DNA of 64,000 bases from Hamiltosporidium tvaerminnensis FI-OER-3-3 (taxonomy: Eukaryota; Fungi; Microsporidia): positions 1,364,001 to 1,428,000 of the forward strand of contig JAKIMF020000004.1 in assembly GCA_022605425.2 (NCBI GenBank), read 5' to 3'. The position numbers and the translations under genes are program-made. The number at the start of each line of letters is the position of its first letter. The stretch's first letter is position 1. The notes beneath the pieces are model-generated. The model did no database searches. It was not told the DNA's origin and was given only the letters and a program-made list of their open reading frames with translations. Shown here piece after piece: positions 1 through 13,848 of this stretch.

Positions 1-24
1 AAGAATTCTCTAAATTATTCCTAA

Positions 25-250
25 AGACTCTATTAAGATAAAAAACATAATTTTAATAAAAAAAAAATTTTCTCAAAACTAAAAAAAATATTATTCTTAC
101 AGACTCTATTAAGATAAAAAACATAATTTTAATAAAAAAAAAATTTTCTCAAAACTAAAAAAAATATTATTCTTACAGACTCTATTAAGATAAAAAACAT
201 AATTTAATATAAAAAACATAATTTTAATAAAAAAAAATATTTTCTCAAAT
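25..250. repeat. Tandem repeat, 76-bp unit, ~3 copies, upstream of DCP2
   Basis: AGACTCTATTAAGATAAAAAACATAATTT starts at 25, 101 and 177; third copy diverges. Confidence 0.9.
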
Positions 251-321
251 ATAAAAAAAATACTCCAAAAATATAAAAAAAATACTCCAAAAATATAAAA
301 AAAAAGAAAAGAAACCCTCAA

Positions 322-1032
322 ATGAAATTTAAAGATGCATTAGAAGACCTATCAATACGATTTCTTTATTTTATATCAGAAGAAGATCTAAAATATACAG
401 AAAGATTATTTTTTAAAATAGAAGAAGCATTTTGGCATTTTATAGATTTCTATTCCCACAAAACACCAAAACTTTCAGAAAAAGTATTTGCCATTCGTAT
501 TATAATATACAACAACCTACCCATATCTAATATTCCAGAAAAATACAAAGAATATATAAAATATAAAAGAAACATTCCAGTATTTGGTGCTTTAATTCTT
601 AATAAAGATTTAACACACATTTTACTTGTTAAGGGAATGCAAGAAGGATCCAAGTATTCCTTTCCCAAAGGAAAAAGATGTTTTAACGAAACACCTCAGC
701 AATGTGCTATACGAGAAGTATATGAAGAAATCGGATACGATATTTCTACTAAGATTACTCAATACACCTGTGAAATTAAAAATGACACATATAAGTTGTT
801 TGTTATTATTAATGTACATAATTCTACAAAATTCACCACCAAAACCAGAAATGAAATCTCAGATATTAAATGGTTTCCTATAAATGAAATACAATTTTAT
901 GATTATAAAGAAGAAATATCATTTGTTAAAACACTAATACCAAAAATAAAAGAAATTGTAAATAAAATAAAAGAAAATCATTTCAGATTCAATCTTTCAA
1001 AATTCCATGAAATATTTAATTCCCTACAATAA
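322..1032 (+). CDS. DCP2: mRNA decapping enzyme Dcp2 (Box A + Nudix domain)
   Basis: LEDLSIRF..ERLFFKIEEAFWHFIDFY (Box A), IPVFGALILN, Nudix box FPKGK..CAIREVYEEIG, TRNEISDIKWF; CCC at 315-317. Confidence 0.95.
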   Translation: MKFKDALEDLSIRFLYFISEEDLKYTERLFFKIEEAFWHFIDFYSHKTPKLSEKVFAIRIIIYNNLPISNIPEKYKEYIKYKRNIPVFGALILNKDLTHILLVKGMQEGSKYSFPKGKRCFNETPQQCAIREVYEEIGYDISTKITQYTCEIKNDTYKLFVIINVHNSTKFTTKTRNEISDIKWFPINEIQFYDYKEEISFVKTLIPKIKEIVNKIKENHFRFNLSKFHEIFNSLQ

Positions 1033-1267
1033 ACCCAAATAAAATAAAAGAAAATCATTTCAGATTCAATCTTTCAAAATTCCATGAAATATTTAATTCC
1101 CTACAATAAACCCAAATAAAATAAAAGAAAATCATTTCAGATTCAATCTTTCAAAATTCCATGAAATATTTAATTCCCTACAATAAACCCAAATAAAATA
1201 AAAGAAAATCATTTCAGATTCAATCTTTCAAAATTCCATGAAATATTTAATTCCCTACAATAAACCC
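961..1267. repeat. Tandem repeat, 77-bp unit x4, copying the DCP2 3' end, stop codon and a CCC motif
   Basis: Unit starts at 961, 1038, 1115, 1192; last copy ends TAAACCC directly before ATG 1268. Confidence 0.95.
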
Positions 1268-3797
1268 ATGAGAAAACCAAAAAATAAAAGAAAAGAAAAA
1301 TTAGAATTAAATTGTAGTAACACATCAAGTGATACTTATACTGGAGATGGTTATACTGGAGATACTTATATTGAAGATAGTTATACTGGAGATGGTTATT
1401 TTGAAGATACTTATACTGGAGATACTTATACTGAAGATGATTATTTTGTAGATGATTATACTGGCGATAGTTTCTTAGTGACAATACATTTCTTTGATAA
1501 CCATAATACTATACATAATACTATATATGACAGTTATACTAATTATATACCTACTTTATATGACAATGACAGTTTATCAAACGAATTACTTACTTCTTCA
1601 CCACAAAATAATATTTTACAATCAAAAGAAGAAGAAGAAAAAGAAAAAGAAGAAGAAGTAAAAATCCTAAAAGAAGAAGAAGTAAAAGAAGAAGAAATAA
1701 AAGAAAAAGAAACACAAAAAATACAAGAAGAAATACAAAAAATCCAAAAAGAAATACAAAAAATACAAGAAAAATTAAAAAATAAAAAAACATTAAAAAT
1801 CACAGATATTCACTTCCTAAACCAATGTACATATACAGATAATCAATGGTTATACAAATTATTTATGTCTTATTTCTCATATATACATACAATACACCAT
1901 TTAGAAAAAGAAAAAGAAATATTAAAATATATTAAAAACATAAATGAACTATTCTATAACTGTGATGATAATTGTTATACTACTGATATGATATTTAAAG
2001 AGATTAAGAATATCAATTCCAATATATATTCCAGTTATAGTAATTTATATTCTAATAACACTACTGATAGTAATTTATATTCTAATAACAGTAACAGTAT
2101 TACTAATAACAGTATTACTACTGATAATATTTTATATTCTAATAACAGTAATAGTAATAACTTACACATTAGTAATAACTTACACATTACTAATAACTTA
2201 CACATTAGTAATAACTTACACACTAATAACAACAACACTACTATCAACAACACTACCACTACTAATATATCATTCTATGATACTCTTCTTTGTAAAACAC
2301 TATTCTATATTCTATATCCTCTTCCTCTAAATACTACATATGAAATAATTATAAATTTTAAAGATATTCTTACAAATAAAATTCTTATTTTTTTAAAAGA
2401 ATATATTTTTAAAGAAAAACTTATAAAAAAATATAAAGAAATAGAGAATAGTAGTTTATATAGTAGTTTATATAGTAGTTTATATAGTGGATGTAGTAAT
2501 AGTAGTTTATATAGTATGGATACTAACCCTAGTAATAGGGGTTGTAGTAATTTATATAGTAATAATAATAATTTAGATAGATTAGATAGTAATAATAATT
2601 TAGATAGATTATATAGTAATAATAATTTAGATAGATTAGATAGTAATATGGATAATTTAGATACTATAGTATAATAATAATAATTTAGATAGTAATACCA
2701 ACATATATATAAATAACAAAATAAATAATACTACAAATACAAATACAACAAATACAACAAACATATGGCCCTTCTTTAAAAGATTTACTGAGTATGGCTT
2801 AGAATATATAATAGAAGATCTTTTTAAATTATTATTTAGAAATAATTTATTATCTGTAAATATTTTAGAAGAAATAATGGAAAAATATAAAAATAAATTA
2901 AAAAAATGTATTTTTATAGAAATAAAAGGATATATTTCTATTTATTTAAGTAAAGATAAAGAAATGAAGAATATTGGATATTTTAAAGAAATGTTTAAAA
3001 ATGTTATGGGGTATTCTTTATATGTTTGTGGGAGTAAAAGAATTAAAATATTTAAAGGTATTTTTGAAATTATAATGATGAATGTATATAAGTGTATGGA
3101 GGGTTATAAGGGTATTACTAATGAACAACAGGGTGTTAGTGATAAGAGTAATGAATTAGAGGGTGTTAGTGATAAGAGTAATGAATTAGAGGGTTATAGT
3201 AACAGTAGTAGTATATTAGAGGGTTATAGTAACAGTAGTCGTATATTAGAGGGTTATGGTAACAGTTGTAGTAATGAATTACAGGGTTTTAGTAATAGTA
3301 GTAGTATATTATGAGGGTTTTAGTGAATAGTAGTAGTATATTAGAGGGTGTTAACATATGTAGTAATACAACAGGGTGTTAGTGATAGTAGTAGTATATT
3401 AGAGGGTTATAGTAACAGTAGTAATGAACAACAGGGTGTTAATATATGTAGTAATAAACAACACCGTGTTAGTGATAGTACTAATAATTATAAGGGTGTT
3501 AACATATGTAGTAATGAACAACAGGGTGTTAGTGATAGTAGTGATAATTATAAGGGTGTTAGTGATAAGAGTAACGAACAACAGGGTGTTAATATATGTA
3601 GTAATGAACAACACCCCTTTACTAACAATATACAGATTAACTATCTGTTAGATTTATATTTAACTATTAAGATGTATTTACCTTTAGAATATAAATTTTT
3701 ACTTACAAATATTCTTGTTTTAATAAAAGATTATTTAGAAAATAAAATGGAGAAATATGGATATGAATATTATATTGAGGAATATGAATTTATATAG
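1268..3797 (+). CDS. Hypothetical protein with several low-complexity insertions; frame broken near 2670 and 3310-3370
   Basis: CCC-ATG at 1265-1270; ORFs 1238-2674, 2877-3314 and 3348-3797 join into one reading path; complex blocks (IWPFFKRFTEYG, INYLLDLYLTIKMYLPLEY) alternate with repeat tracts. Confidence 0.65.
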
Positions 3798-3804
3798 AAA
3801 ATAA

Positions 3805-5030
3805 GAGGGTGATGGTAATAGAGGTAGTGTAGAAGGTGGTGGGGATTAGAGAGTATGGAGAAGGGTGTTATTACTAAGGATATGTTAGAGGGTGGTGGGG
3901 ATTAGAGGGTATGGAGAAGGGTGTTATTACTAAGGATATGTTAGAGGGTGTTAGCCTATTAGAGGGTATGGAGAAGGGTGTTATTACTAAGGATATGTTA
4001 GAGGGTGTTAGCCTATTAGAGGGTATGGATGAGGGTGTTATTACTAAGACTAGTAATATAAGAGGTGTTATTACTAAGGATATGTTAGAGGGTGTTATTT
4101 ATAGGATATGTTAGAGGGTGTTAGTGATAAGGATATATAAGAGGTGTTAGTGATACAGGTAGTGTAGAGGGTGTTATATCTTTCTATACTCATATAGTTA
4201 TATAAAGGGGGCTAAGTATTTTTTATTATAATAGTAGTAACACCCTTTAAATAATATAAATAAAATGTTTTAAATTACAGTCTTATACATTAGTATTGAT
4301 ATTAAATCTTTATGTATTACTGGTTTATATTGGTCATATTACTGATATTCTCTTATTAAATAGTGGTATTATGTTAAATATTCTTATATTAAATAGTGGT
4401 ATTATCTTACTGCTTCTATTAGTTATATAACACCCTTTTAATTAGTACTCTTATATTTAACACCCTGTTATATTTATAAGTATTACTAACACCCTGTTAT
4501 ATAACTTATATTTAACACCCTGTAATATTTATATGTATTACTAACACCCTCTTATATAACTTATATTTAACACCCTGTTATTTTTAATACTCTTATATTT
4601 AACACCCTGTAATATTTATATGTATTACTAACACCCTGTTATTTTAACTACTATTATAGTTAACACCCTTTATCTTAATACTATATACAATATCACCCCT
4701 TTATATTACTATCTATATATTTAACACCTTGTTATTTTACTACTATTATAGTTAACACCCTGTTATATTTATAAGTATTACTAACACCCTTTATCTTAAT
4801 ACTATATACAATATCACCCCTGTTATTTTACTATCTATTATATTTAACTCCCTTTATTTTACTACTATTAATATTTAACACCCTGTTATTTTTACTACTA
4901 TTATAGTTAACACCCTTTATCTTAATACTATATACAATATCACCCCTGTTATTTTACTATCTATTATATTTATCACCCCTTTAACCACCCCCCTTTCTTA
5001 TAAATATATTTACCCCATTTATTTACCCCT
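3805..5030. repeat. Intergenic bipolar minisatellite tract (GAGGGTGTTA units, then TAACACCC units)
   Basis: ~57-bp G-rich units at 3855, 3911, 3968, 4025; polarity flips near 4210-4245; many TAACACCCT(GTTA) motifs to ~4980. Confidence 0.9.
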
Positions 5031-5041
5031 TTAAAAAAAAA

Positions 5042-8000
5042 ATGCCAGAAATTCCCCACCAATTTATATCCAACGAAAATCCATATTCATTTTCATCTAC
5101 AATATCAACAGACCCATACAACACAAAAAAACAAAGATTAGAATCTATTAATAGATTACAACCACCTTATATACCAATAGGTATAGATACTAAGTCTATA
5201 GAGATAGAAAGAAATAATATTGTTCAACAAGTCAAACAAACACTTATACGGGATATTCTTGTTAGTGAGTATAACAGGGTATCATGTTATATGAGTGATA
5301 AGATAGAATTAGAGGGATTTGAAGAGGGTGATAATAACAGTAGTGTATTAGAGGGTGTTAATGTAACAGTAGTAATGTATTAGAGGGTGTTAATAACAGT
5401 AGGAATAGAGTAGGGGGTGTTAATGATACAGATAGTAAACAACAGGGTGTTAATAACAGTACTAGTAAACAACAGGGTGTTAATAACAGTAGTAGTAAAC
5501 AACAGGGTGTTAATCACAGTAGTAGTAAACAAGACCCTGTTAACATAAGTACTAATAATCAACAGGGTGTTGATAACAATAGTAGTAAACAAGACCTTGT
5601 TAATCACAGTAGTAGTAAACAAGACCCTGTTAATAACAGTACTACCAAACAAGACCCTGTTAATAACAGTACTAATAAACAAGACCCTGTTAATAAGAGT
5701 ACTAATACCTTACACCCCTTTACTACCAACACCAACACTATCCCCACCAACACTATCCCCACCAACACTACCCCCACCAACAACCCTGATACTAATACCC
5801 TCCTCACTCTCCTTACATCTTATCTTCACTCTATTAACTACTCTGACACACACCTTCTCTCTTCCCTTACAAAAGTACGTAAACTACTTCTACACACTAA
5901 ACAACAAACACTCCGTACATCAGTATACAAATCAATATCCTCTTCACTCTCACCTTCTCAACTCCTATCTTCCACATCAAAACACCACAGAAACACACTT
6001 ACAGATCTTTACATACTTAACACCCTAGAATCCAAATATAAAACAGAACAATTAAAAAAACAAACTTTTAAAAAAATAGAAATTTCTAGAAATATTTTAG
6101 AAACGCATAAAAGAATAATAAATAATATAAAAATACGCATAAATATAACAGAAAAGTTTTATAAATGCATAAATAATTTAAATATTAATTTTTATAAATT
6201 AGAAAGTAAAAAACAAGAAAAAATTAGAAGAGAAAGACTTAAAGCATTACGTAATGAAGATGAACAAGGATATTTGTTATTGTTAAAAGAAAAAAAAGAA
6301 GAAAGAATAGAATATATACTTAATAAGACAGATGAGTATATATCAATATTAACAGAGAGAATAAGAAGTAGTAGTAATAGGGTAGGGATTGAGGGTGTTA
6401 GTAATAGTAGGATAGGGTTAGAGGGTGTTAGTAATAGTAGGATAGAGTTAGAGGGTGTTAGTAATAGTAGGATAGAGTTAGAGGGTGTTAACAATCAGAC
6501 TAATACACAACACCCTGTTAACCATCAAACTAATACACAACACCCTGTTAACCATCTATCTAATACACAACACCCTGTTAATACCATCCATACTAATACA
6601 CAACACCCTGTTAACCATCTATCTAATACTAACACCCCCACCAATACCCCCAATACTAACACCCTGTTAATACTAATACCAATACATAACACCCTGTTAA
6701 CCATCTATCTAATACACAACCCCAATCTACCAATACTAACACCCCCACCAATACCCCCAATACCAATAACACCCCCACCAATACCAATACCTATAACACC
6801 CCCACTATTGACTACTTTCTTACTGCCCATCTTATCTCTGAACCTTTATTATCACAACCCTCTTATTTAAAAGGTACTTTAAAAAATTATCAATTAAAAG
6901 GTATAGAATGGTTATTATCATTATATAACAATAACTTAAATGGTATTTTAGCAGATGAAATGGGTTTAGGTAAAACAATACAAATAATAGGTTTTATTTC
7001 TTATTTAACATATAATAAGAATATAAAAGGGTCTTATATTATAATATGTCCTTTAAGTGTTATTAGTAATTGGAAAAAAGAAATTAATAAGTGGTGTCCT
7101 ACTCTTAGTGTTATTGAGTATAAAGGTATACCAGAAGTAAGAAAAGGAATACAAAGGGAATTAAGGAGTATGTTAGGTGGTAGTAGTGGTAGTATGTTAG
7201 GTAGTAGTAGTGGATGTATGTTAGGTGGTAGTAGTAGTACTTACAGTAACCTATATAATAACCTATATAATAACAATACTAATAACAATACTACTAACAC
7301 TAACTATACTACTACTAACAACATATATACAACTAACACTACCCTCCCATCTAATACTAATATCATTCTTACTACCTATGAGTATGTTGTTAAGGATAAG
7401 AACTTTCTTAGTAGAATACCTTGGTTTTATATGATAATAGATGAAGGTCATAGATTAAAGAATAAAGAAAGTAAATTATGTAGTGTTATTAGTAATAAAT
7501 ATAAAAGTAAATATAGGTTATTAATAACAGGTACACCATTACAAAATAATTTATATGAATTATGGGGGTTACTTAATTTTATATTACCTTGTATATTTAA
7601 CAGTAATAAGAGTTTTGAAGAGTGGTTTAATATGGGTATAGGGATTAGTAGGGGGGAGTGTAGTAGTGTGGGTATTAGTAGGGGGGAGTGTGGTAGTGGT
7701 AGTGTAGGTATTAGTGGTAGTAATGTGAGTGGTATTAGTGGTAGTAGTACTAACAATACTGGCCTGCTTGGATTGGAGGAACAGATGTTACTTATACAGA
7801 GGTTACATAAGGTTTTAAGACCTTTCTTATTACGTAGGTTAAAGAGAGATGTAGAGGTGTTACCTGATAAAGTAGAAAGAGTTATACGTGTTAATATGAG
7901 TGGTATACAGAGGTACTTATATAACAGGGTTATAAGTAAAGGAGATAACCTTTTAGGTAGTAATAGTGGTAGTATTGGTACTAGTAATAGTGGTAATAAC

Positions 8001-9617
8001 AGTGGTAATAGTAACAGTGGTAATAGCCCTTTAAGTAACAGTAGTAATAACACTCTACTATCTAACACCCTACTATCTAATAATAATACTAACACACTAT
8101 CTAACACCCCACTATCTAATAACAATACTAACACACTATCTAATAACTGCCTTGTTACCCTCCTTTCCAATATTACTATTAAAGACCTTAAAGGTACTAA
8201 TAATACTCTTATGCAACTTAGAAAGATATGTAACCATCCTTTCTGTTTTGAAGAAGTAGAAGGTTGTATAAATCCTAGTAAAAGTAACAATAACCTATTA
8301 TATACAATATGTGGTAAATTTAATATTTTAAATAACATATTACCTAAATTAAAAATAAAAAATAATAAAATTTTAATATTTTTTCAAATGACACAAGTAA
8401 TGACAATAATGGAAGATTTTTTAATAATGAAAAAATACAAATATCTAAGATTAGATGGAAATATAAAAGTAGAAGAACGTAATATTTTAATAGAAAAGTT
8501 TAATAATGAAGATTATTTTATATTTATGTTAAGTACACGTGCAGGTGGATTAGGATTAAATTTACAGGTAGCAGATACTGTTATTATATATGATAGTGAT
8601 TGGAATCCTTTTATTGATTTACAAGCACAGGATAGAGCACATAGAATTGGACAGAAGAAAGAGGTTAGAATATATAGACTTGTTACTTCTTTTAGTGTTG
8701 AAGAGGTTATTTATGATAGAGCTTATAATAAGATTAGATTGGATAATAAGGTTATACAGGCTGGTATGTTTGATCAGAGAAGTACACAAGAAGAGAGGGA
8801 TAAAGTATTAAGCAAAGAGATACTAGGGCATAGGGATAGGGAGGGGGGTAGTGATAGTAGGGTGGGTGATAGTAGTAAGGATATTAGTAGGGATAGTATT
8901 AGGGATAATTTTAGTAAGGATAATAGTAGTAATATTAGTAAAGATAATACTAATAACAATACTAATACTAATACTAATACTAATACTAATACTAATACTA
9001 ATACTAATACAACACTTATTACAACCCCTATTACAACCCCTATATCAAATAGTATTAATGAAATGCTTGCTAGGAATGAAGAAGAATTAAGATTGTTTGA
9101 AGAGATGGATAAGGAGTATAAAGAAGAAGGATTAGTAGAGTGTGAGTGTGGTAAGTGTAATACTAGTATTAGTTATAGTAATGATTATAATAGGGATACT
9201 AATAGGGATAATAATAATGATTATAATAGAGATAATAATGATTATAGTAGTACTAACAACTATAACTATAATATCTGTAACAGTAGTACTAACAACCAAT
9301 ATACTAACAACCCTAATATTCATATACATGCTCTTCTTAGTGATATATCTGGTTTAGAAGAGAATGGAAGAAGAAGAATAGAAATATTTATGGAATTACC
9401 TGATAAAAGGTTATATCCTGATTACTATATAATTATAAATAAACCTATAAGTTATAACTGTATAAGTAAAAGGATAGGAAAATATAGAAGTATGGAAGAA
9501 TTAAAGGAAGATTTTTATTTGATGTTTGATAATGCTATGAAGTATAATATTGAGGGGAGTGTTGTTTATAGGGATGCATATGTTTTAAAGGAGTATGTAA
9601 GAGGGTATGAAGTATAA
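5042..9617 (+). CDS. SNF2: SNF2/STH1/BRG1-family chromatin remodelling ATPase (HSA, SNF2_N, helicase C, bromodomain); two frameshifts inside repeat inserts (~5362 and ~6690-6810)
   Basis: HSA/post-HSA LKALRNEDEQGYLLLL..EYILNKTDEYI; YQLKGIEWLLSLYNNNLNGILADEMGLGKT; DEGH; LSTRAGGLGLNLQVADTV; QAQDRAHRIGQ; bromodomain YPDYYIII..FDNAMKYN; CCCC at 5026-5029. SNF2 vs STH1 not resolvable. Confidence 0.92.
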
Positions 9618-9700
9618 TATTGAGGGGAGTGTTGTTTATAGGGGTGCATATGTTTTAAAGGAGTATGTAAGAGGGTATGAAGTATAATATTGAGGGGAGT
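9538..9700. repeat. Tandem duplication (70-bp unit, ~2.3 copies) of the SNF2 3' end
   Basis: TGAAGTATAATATTGAGGGGAGT at 9538, 9608, 9678. Confidence 0.9.
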
Positions 9701-10055
9701 AGTTAGTGTTTAGAGGGGAATATGTAGGAGAGTAGGTGGTGTAGTAGGGTGTTAAATATGCTTGTAATACTTAAGGATATTTACTAACATACTATCTTAT
9801 TGTTACACTCTGTGTTATTGGTATTAAAATTATTCATATTTTCTATTTTTTATTTTTCTATTTTTAATTTTTAATTTTATTTTATTTATATTTCTACTTC
9901 TATTTTTTATTTTTTATATTTTATTTATATTTCTACTTCTATTTATATTTTTTTATTTTTTATATTTTATTTATATTTTATTTATATCTCTACTTCTATT
10001 TATATTTTTTTATTTTTACTTCTAGTTTTTATTTTATTTATTTTTTATCTTTTAA

Positions 10056-13000
10056 ATGGGTAGAAGGAAAAATGTTTACTGCGAGACACAAAAAAATAAA
10101 AGCTGAAAACACGCCGAATGGGGTGAATAAAAATAAGAATGTCATGCAAAAGAATGAGCTACACCCATCGGCTATTTCCTTACCTTCCTCCTTCTATAAA
10201 ACAATAACACATCCACTACCAAGCCAAACATGCAGTAAAATGCAAAATAGTGGGCTTGATACCATACCTTCGCCTAATACACCCCTTTCCTCTTCGGTTA
10301 TAGTCTCTGCGTGCGAGCCATCGTACGGCATCACAAACCCCTGTCCTCTATCTATCTCTGAACGTAACAGGCTAATGGTATTGCGGACGATATTCGAATC
10401 CGTAACAGTCGACCCGAAGGAATGGCCTCGAATAGTTTTTTTTGCAGTACAGACAAGGTTTGAAAGAATGCCAAGAAATGGCTGGACAGAGCTTCACAGG
10501 TACTATAATGAGAAATTTAGCTGCACATTAAATATCGAAGCGTTTAAAAAATTTGCAAAAAATGAGGCAGAAAGGGAAATAAGGCAAAAACAGGATGGAG
10601 AGCGACATAGAATCGCCACTTGTCTCACTGAGCCATGCCCCCTGACTGACACCACGGAGTACATAAACCTGAGAGATAAATTCTTGAGTAAAATCTAGAA
10701 ATCTCGGAGAAGGAAATTGGAAAGTGGTGGACCGAACTAGAAAACATCCAAATGAATTGGTTGACAGTAAAGTTTTTGACCTTATTAATCGAATTATCGG
10801 TGAGTATGCTGATTCTTATGTGCCGATGACGATAACTGCAGTGGCACGGATAATCCAGGCAGCCCAGATATGCTATGACGAGGCAACACGTAAAGAAAAG
10901 CCTAGATCCGCTTGGAAGGAAAACATAGAAAGTAAAATTTCTGAGTTAGTACTTTCCAAAGATCTTCTCGAGAAGGCTCGTAAGCAGGAAAAGCTCTCCA
11001 CTTCGGAAACGAAGAGCCTTAAGAAAATCATGCGAGTGTTTAATTAAAAAATGAGTAATTTAACTGATCCTTCTGAGGCTTTAGTTAAGAAGAATGAGCC
11101 TTTGAATGTTTACGAGAAAAAAATTACGATGCATGAAAGTAGGAAGCGATTCCTAAAAGAGAATCGTATGTTTGAGCTTTTCCGAGATCGATTTTATCGT
11201 GGGTGATCTGAGCGTGTAGAATCCGAGCATGTAGTCAGTCGTGATGAAATTGGGAGTTTTTGGTCTACAATGTGGAACAAAAATGATGACACAGTCACGT
11301 ATGAAGATTATTTGATTCCATTTGTATCAGATAATCATCCGACCACTTTTCCTTCACTTGATGAAATTGTAAGTATCATTAATTGGCTTCCTAATTGGAA
11401 AGCTGTTGGAATTGATGGTATTTATAATTTTTTCATTGAGAAACTTACAACTCTTCAAAAATATATTTATGATTTGTGCTAGTTATATGTTTAGAAGGAA
11501 CAACTCAAGCTGATTGGTTTTACTGCGGGCTTACGTATTTGATACCGAAAGGAATTCCACGAAGAGGCTCTGACTACAGGCCAATCGCTTGTATTTCCAA
11601 CCTCTATAAGTTAACGACTAAGTGTGTAACGAAAGTCGTTCAACTTGAAGTGGAAAGACGAGGGTTACATGCAAAGAACCAGTTGGGAGCAGTCAGAGGT
11701 GTGCAGGTAGCGAAAGAGCAGGCTCTACTGAATATTGCCCAAAATAAAGAGCACGGAAACAATCTTAATGCAACATGGATTGATGTTAAAAAAGCTTATG
11801 ATTCAATGGATCATACTTATTTAACTCAATGCATTGAAAACCTTAAAGTACCTGATTTAATCCTGAAATTTATAAAGGTAATTATATCTAAACGGAAAAT
11901 TGTTATATCAGTAGGGCCTGAAAAAATAATGAGCAAGAAGATTGATAGAGGGATTCTACAAGGAGATAGTCTGTCACTTTTGTTATTTGTGTTGTGTATG
12001 GATCCATTAAGCCGAAAGCTTAATGAAAAATACACAAAAGTGACAGTACAAACAGATGCAGAATCCCATTCTACTAATCATCTCTTGTTTATTGATGATC
12101 TTAAGCTCCTTGCAAAAGACAGCTCCACATTGAGTGCTATGACAGACTACGCGAAGGAATTTTTAAAGGTGATTGGCTTAGAGATTAACAAAGAGAAGTC
12201 AGCCAAAAATGATACGTGTTGTGAAGATACCGCTACTCTTCTAGAAGGTGTTAATGTTTACAAATATTTAGGAATAATAGAAGATAGCAGAGGAATCCTA
12301 ACACGTAGCTCATTTGAAGAAGTACAGAGCAAACTTATATCAAGAGTTGAAAGACTTTGTCACACTAGATTAAACGCCAAAAAATTTATTTTCTGCAATC
12401 GATCAACATGCGATATCGTTAATCAACATCCACATAGGAGTACTTCTACTCGAACCGGCTGACTTCTCTAAGTTAGATGATGCAAGCCGTGCGGTGTTGG
12501 TTAAAAATAAGATACATCTCCGCCCAGGATGTAAAGAGCGGTCGTATCTTCCTAGAACAGAACTTGGAAGAGGCCTACATAGTGTTGAGTTGCGAAGCGA
12601 ACATATGCTTCTGCAACTCTTGGATTGTCTGGAAAAAAGTAAAGAAATATCAACTAGACGAGCAGCAACCCTCAAGGTAGAGAATAATAATAAAACCCAT
12701 CTTGCACTAATAAAAGGCTTCTTAAAAGTAAAGTACAGGTTGGTAGAAGAAGTCACTAAGAAAAATTTAGAAGAAGCTCAACTTGCAAAACTATATAACG
12801 AAATAGAAAAACGAAAACTCCATTCAAAGTTATATAATGCAAGAAAAAATGAGCTTGTGAGTGTTAGTGACTCTTCAAGATGGCTAAAGAGAGGAAATAT
12901 TAGGCCACGAAATGAAGCTGTGTTCTGCTATATCCAGGATAGAAATGTATTCTGGGGAGCAGATGGTGTGTGTCAACATTTCGGGAAGTCTGGTAAGACT

Positions 13001-13848
13001 GTGGATCATCTAGCAACTAGATGCGAAAAAATGCTAGGCCATGACTATACCAGACGGCATAATGAAGTGGTCAGATGCCTACACCTTCTTCTTCTAAATA
13101 GATATAAGTTTAAGTCTTCAAAACGAATAAGGAGTCACTCAGTTCAAGAAATTCTTGATAATGAGTACGCAGAGATAAGAGTGGACACCAGAATAAAAAC
13201 TGATGTATAATTTGGAATAACAGACCCGACATATTTATTTTAGATAAGAAGAAGAATAAGATAACACTCATTGAAGTAGGAATCATTTCCCAAGATTCAC
13301 TTCAAATAGTTAAAACTGAAAAACTTAGGAAGTATGACCTGTTAGCCAATGAGTTGGGTCTTATTTATAAGTGTAGTGTTGAGATAATCCCTTATGTGAT
13401 GACCTGGGACGGTATTGTGACAAAATACCATAAATCTTATCTTAAAAGACTAGAAATACCCATAAATGTAGAGGCATACATTCAGTCTATAGTACTTAAG
13501 AAAACAGTCGAAACAATTTCCTTTGATCGACGAAGAGGACTTGAGTCAGGACTAAATGCCGAAGAGAGCTGGGAGAGAGCGTCAATGGGTGTTATTATGA
13601 GATCAGAGATGCATGAGGAACCAATACCCCCTTTAAAAGAAGCGAAGAGAGATGAAAATGGTGTTAAAACACAAAATAAGAAAAATAAAGCACCCCTTAT
13701 TTCACAAGGAGGAACCACTTTAGAGGAACCGACGATAAACATAAATGAAGGGTCGGATTTGGAAGAAGAGACAAAAGTGGTTAAAGAGGTAGAAGAAAGC
13801 ATATCAAAATCGTAAAACCATTTTAACCCAGAATTTTATTAAATAAAA
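10056..13848 (+). mobile_element. Full-length non-LTR retrotransposon with RT and C-terminal restriction-like endonuclease (R4/Dong-like), disrupted ORF; copy 1
   Basis: RT motifs WIDVKKAYDS, GILQGDSLS, LFIDDLKL, YKYLG; zinc knuckle; RHNEV..RPDI..IEVG RLE motifs; A-rich tail; TSD AAATGGGTAG at 10054-10063 and 13849-13858. Confidence 0.93.

Noticed and set aside
961-1267. CRISPR-like regular repeats
   Set aside because: Head-to-tail copies with no unique spacers, no cas genes, eukaryotic context
1209-9357. Many overlapping or antisense ORFs rich in L/I/V (e.g. 7448-8338 minus, 5567-6028 plus, 3911-4114)
   Set aside because: Shadows of triplet-periodic low-complexity DNA in or near real genes; no domain content
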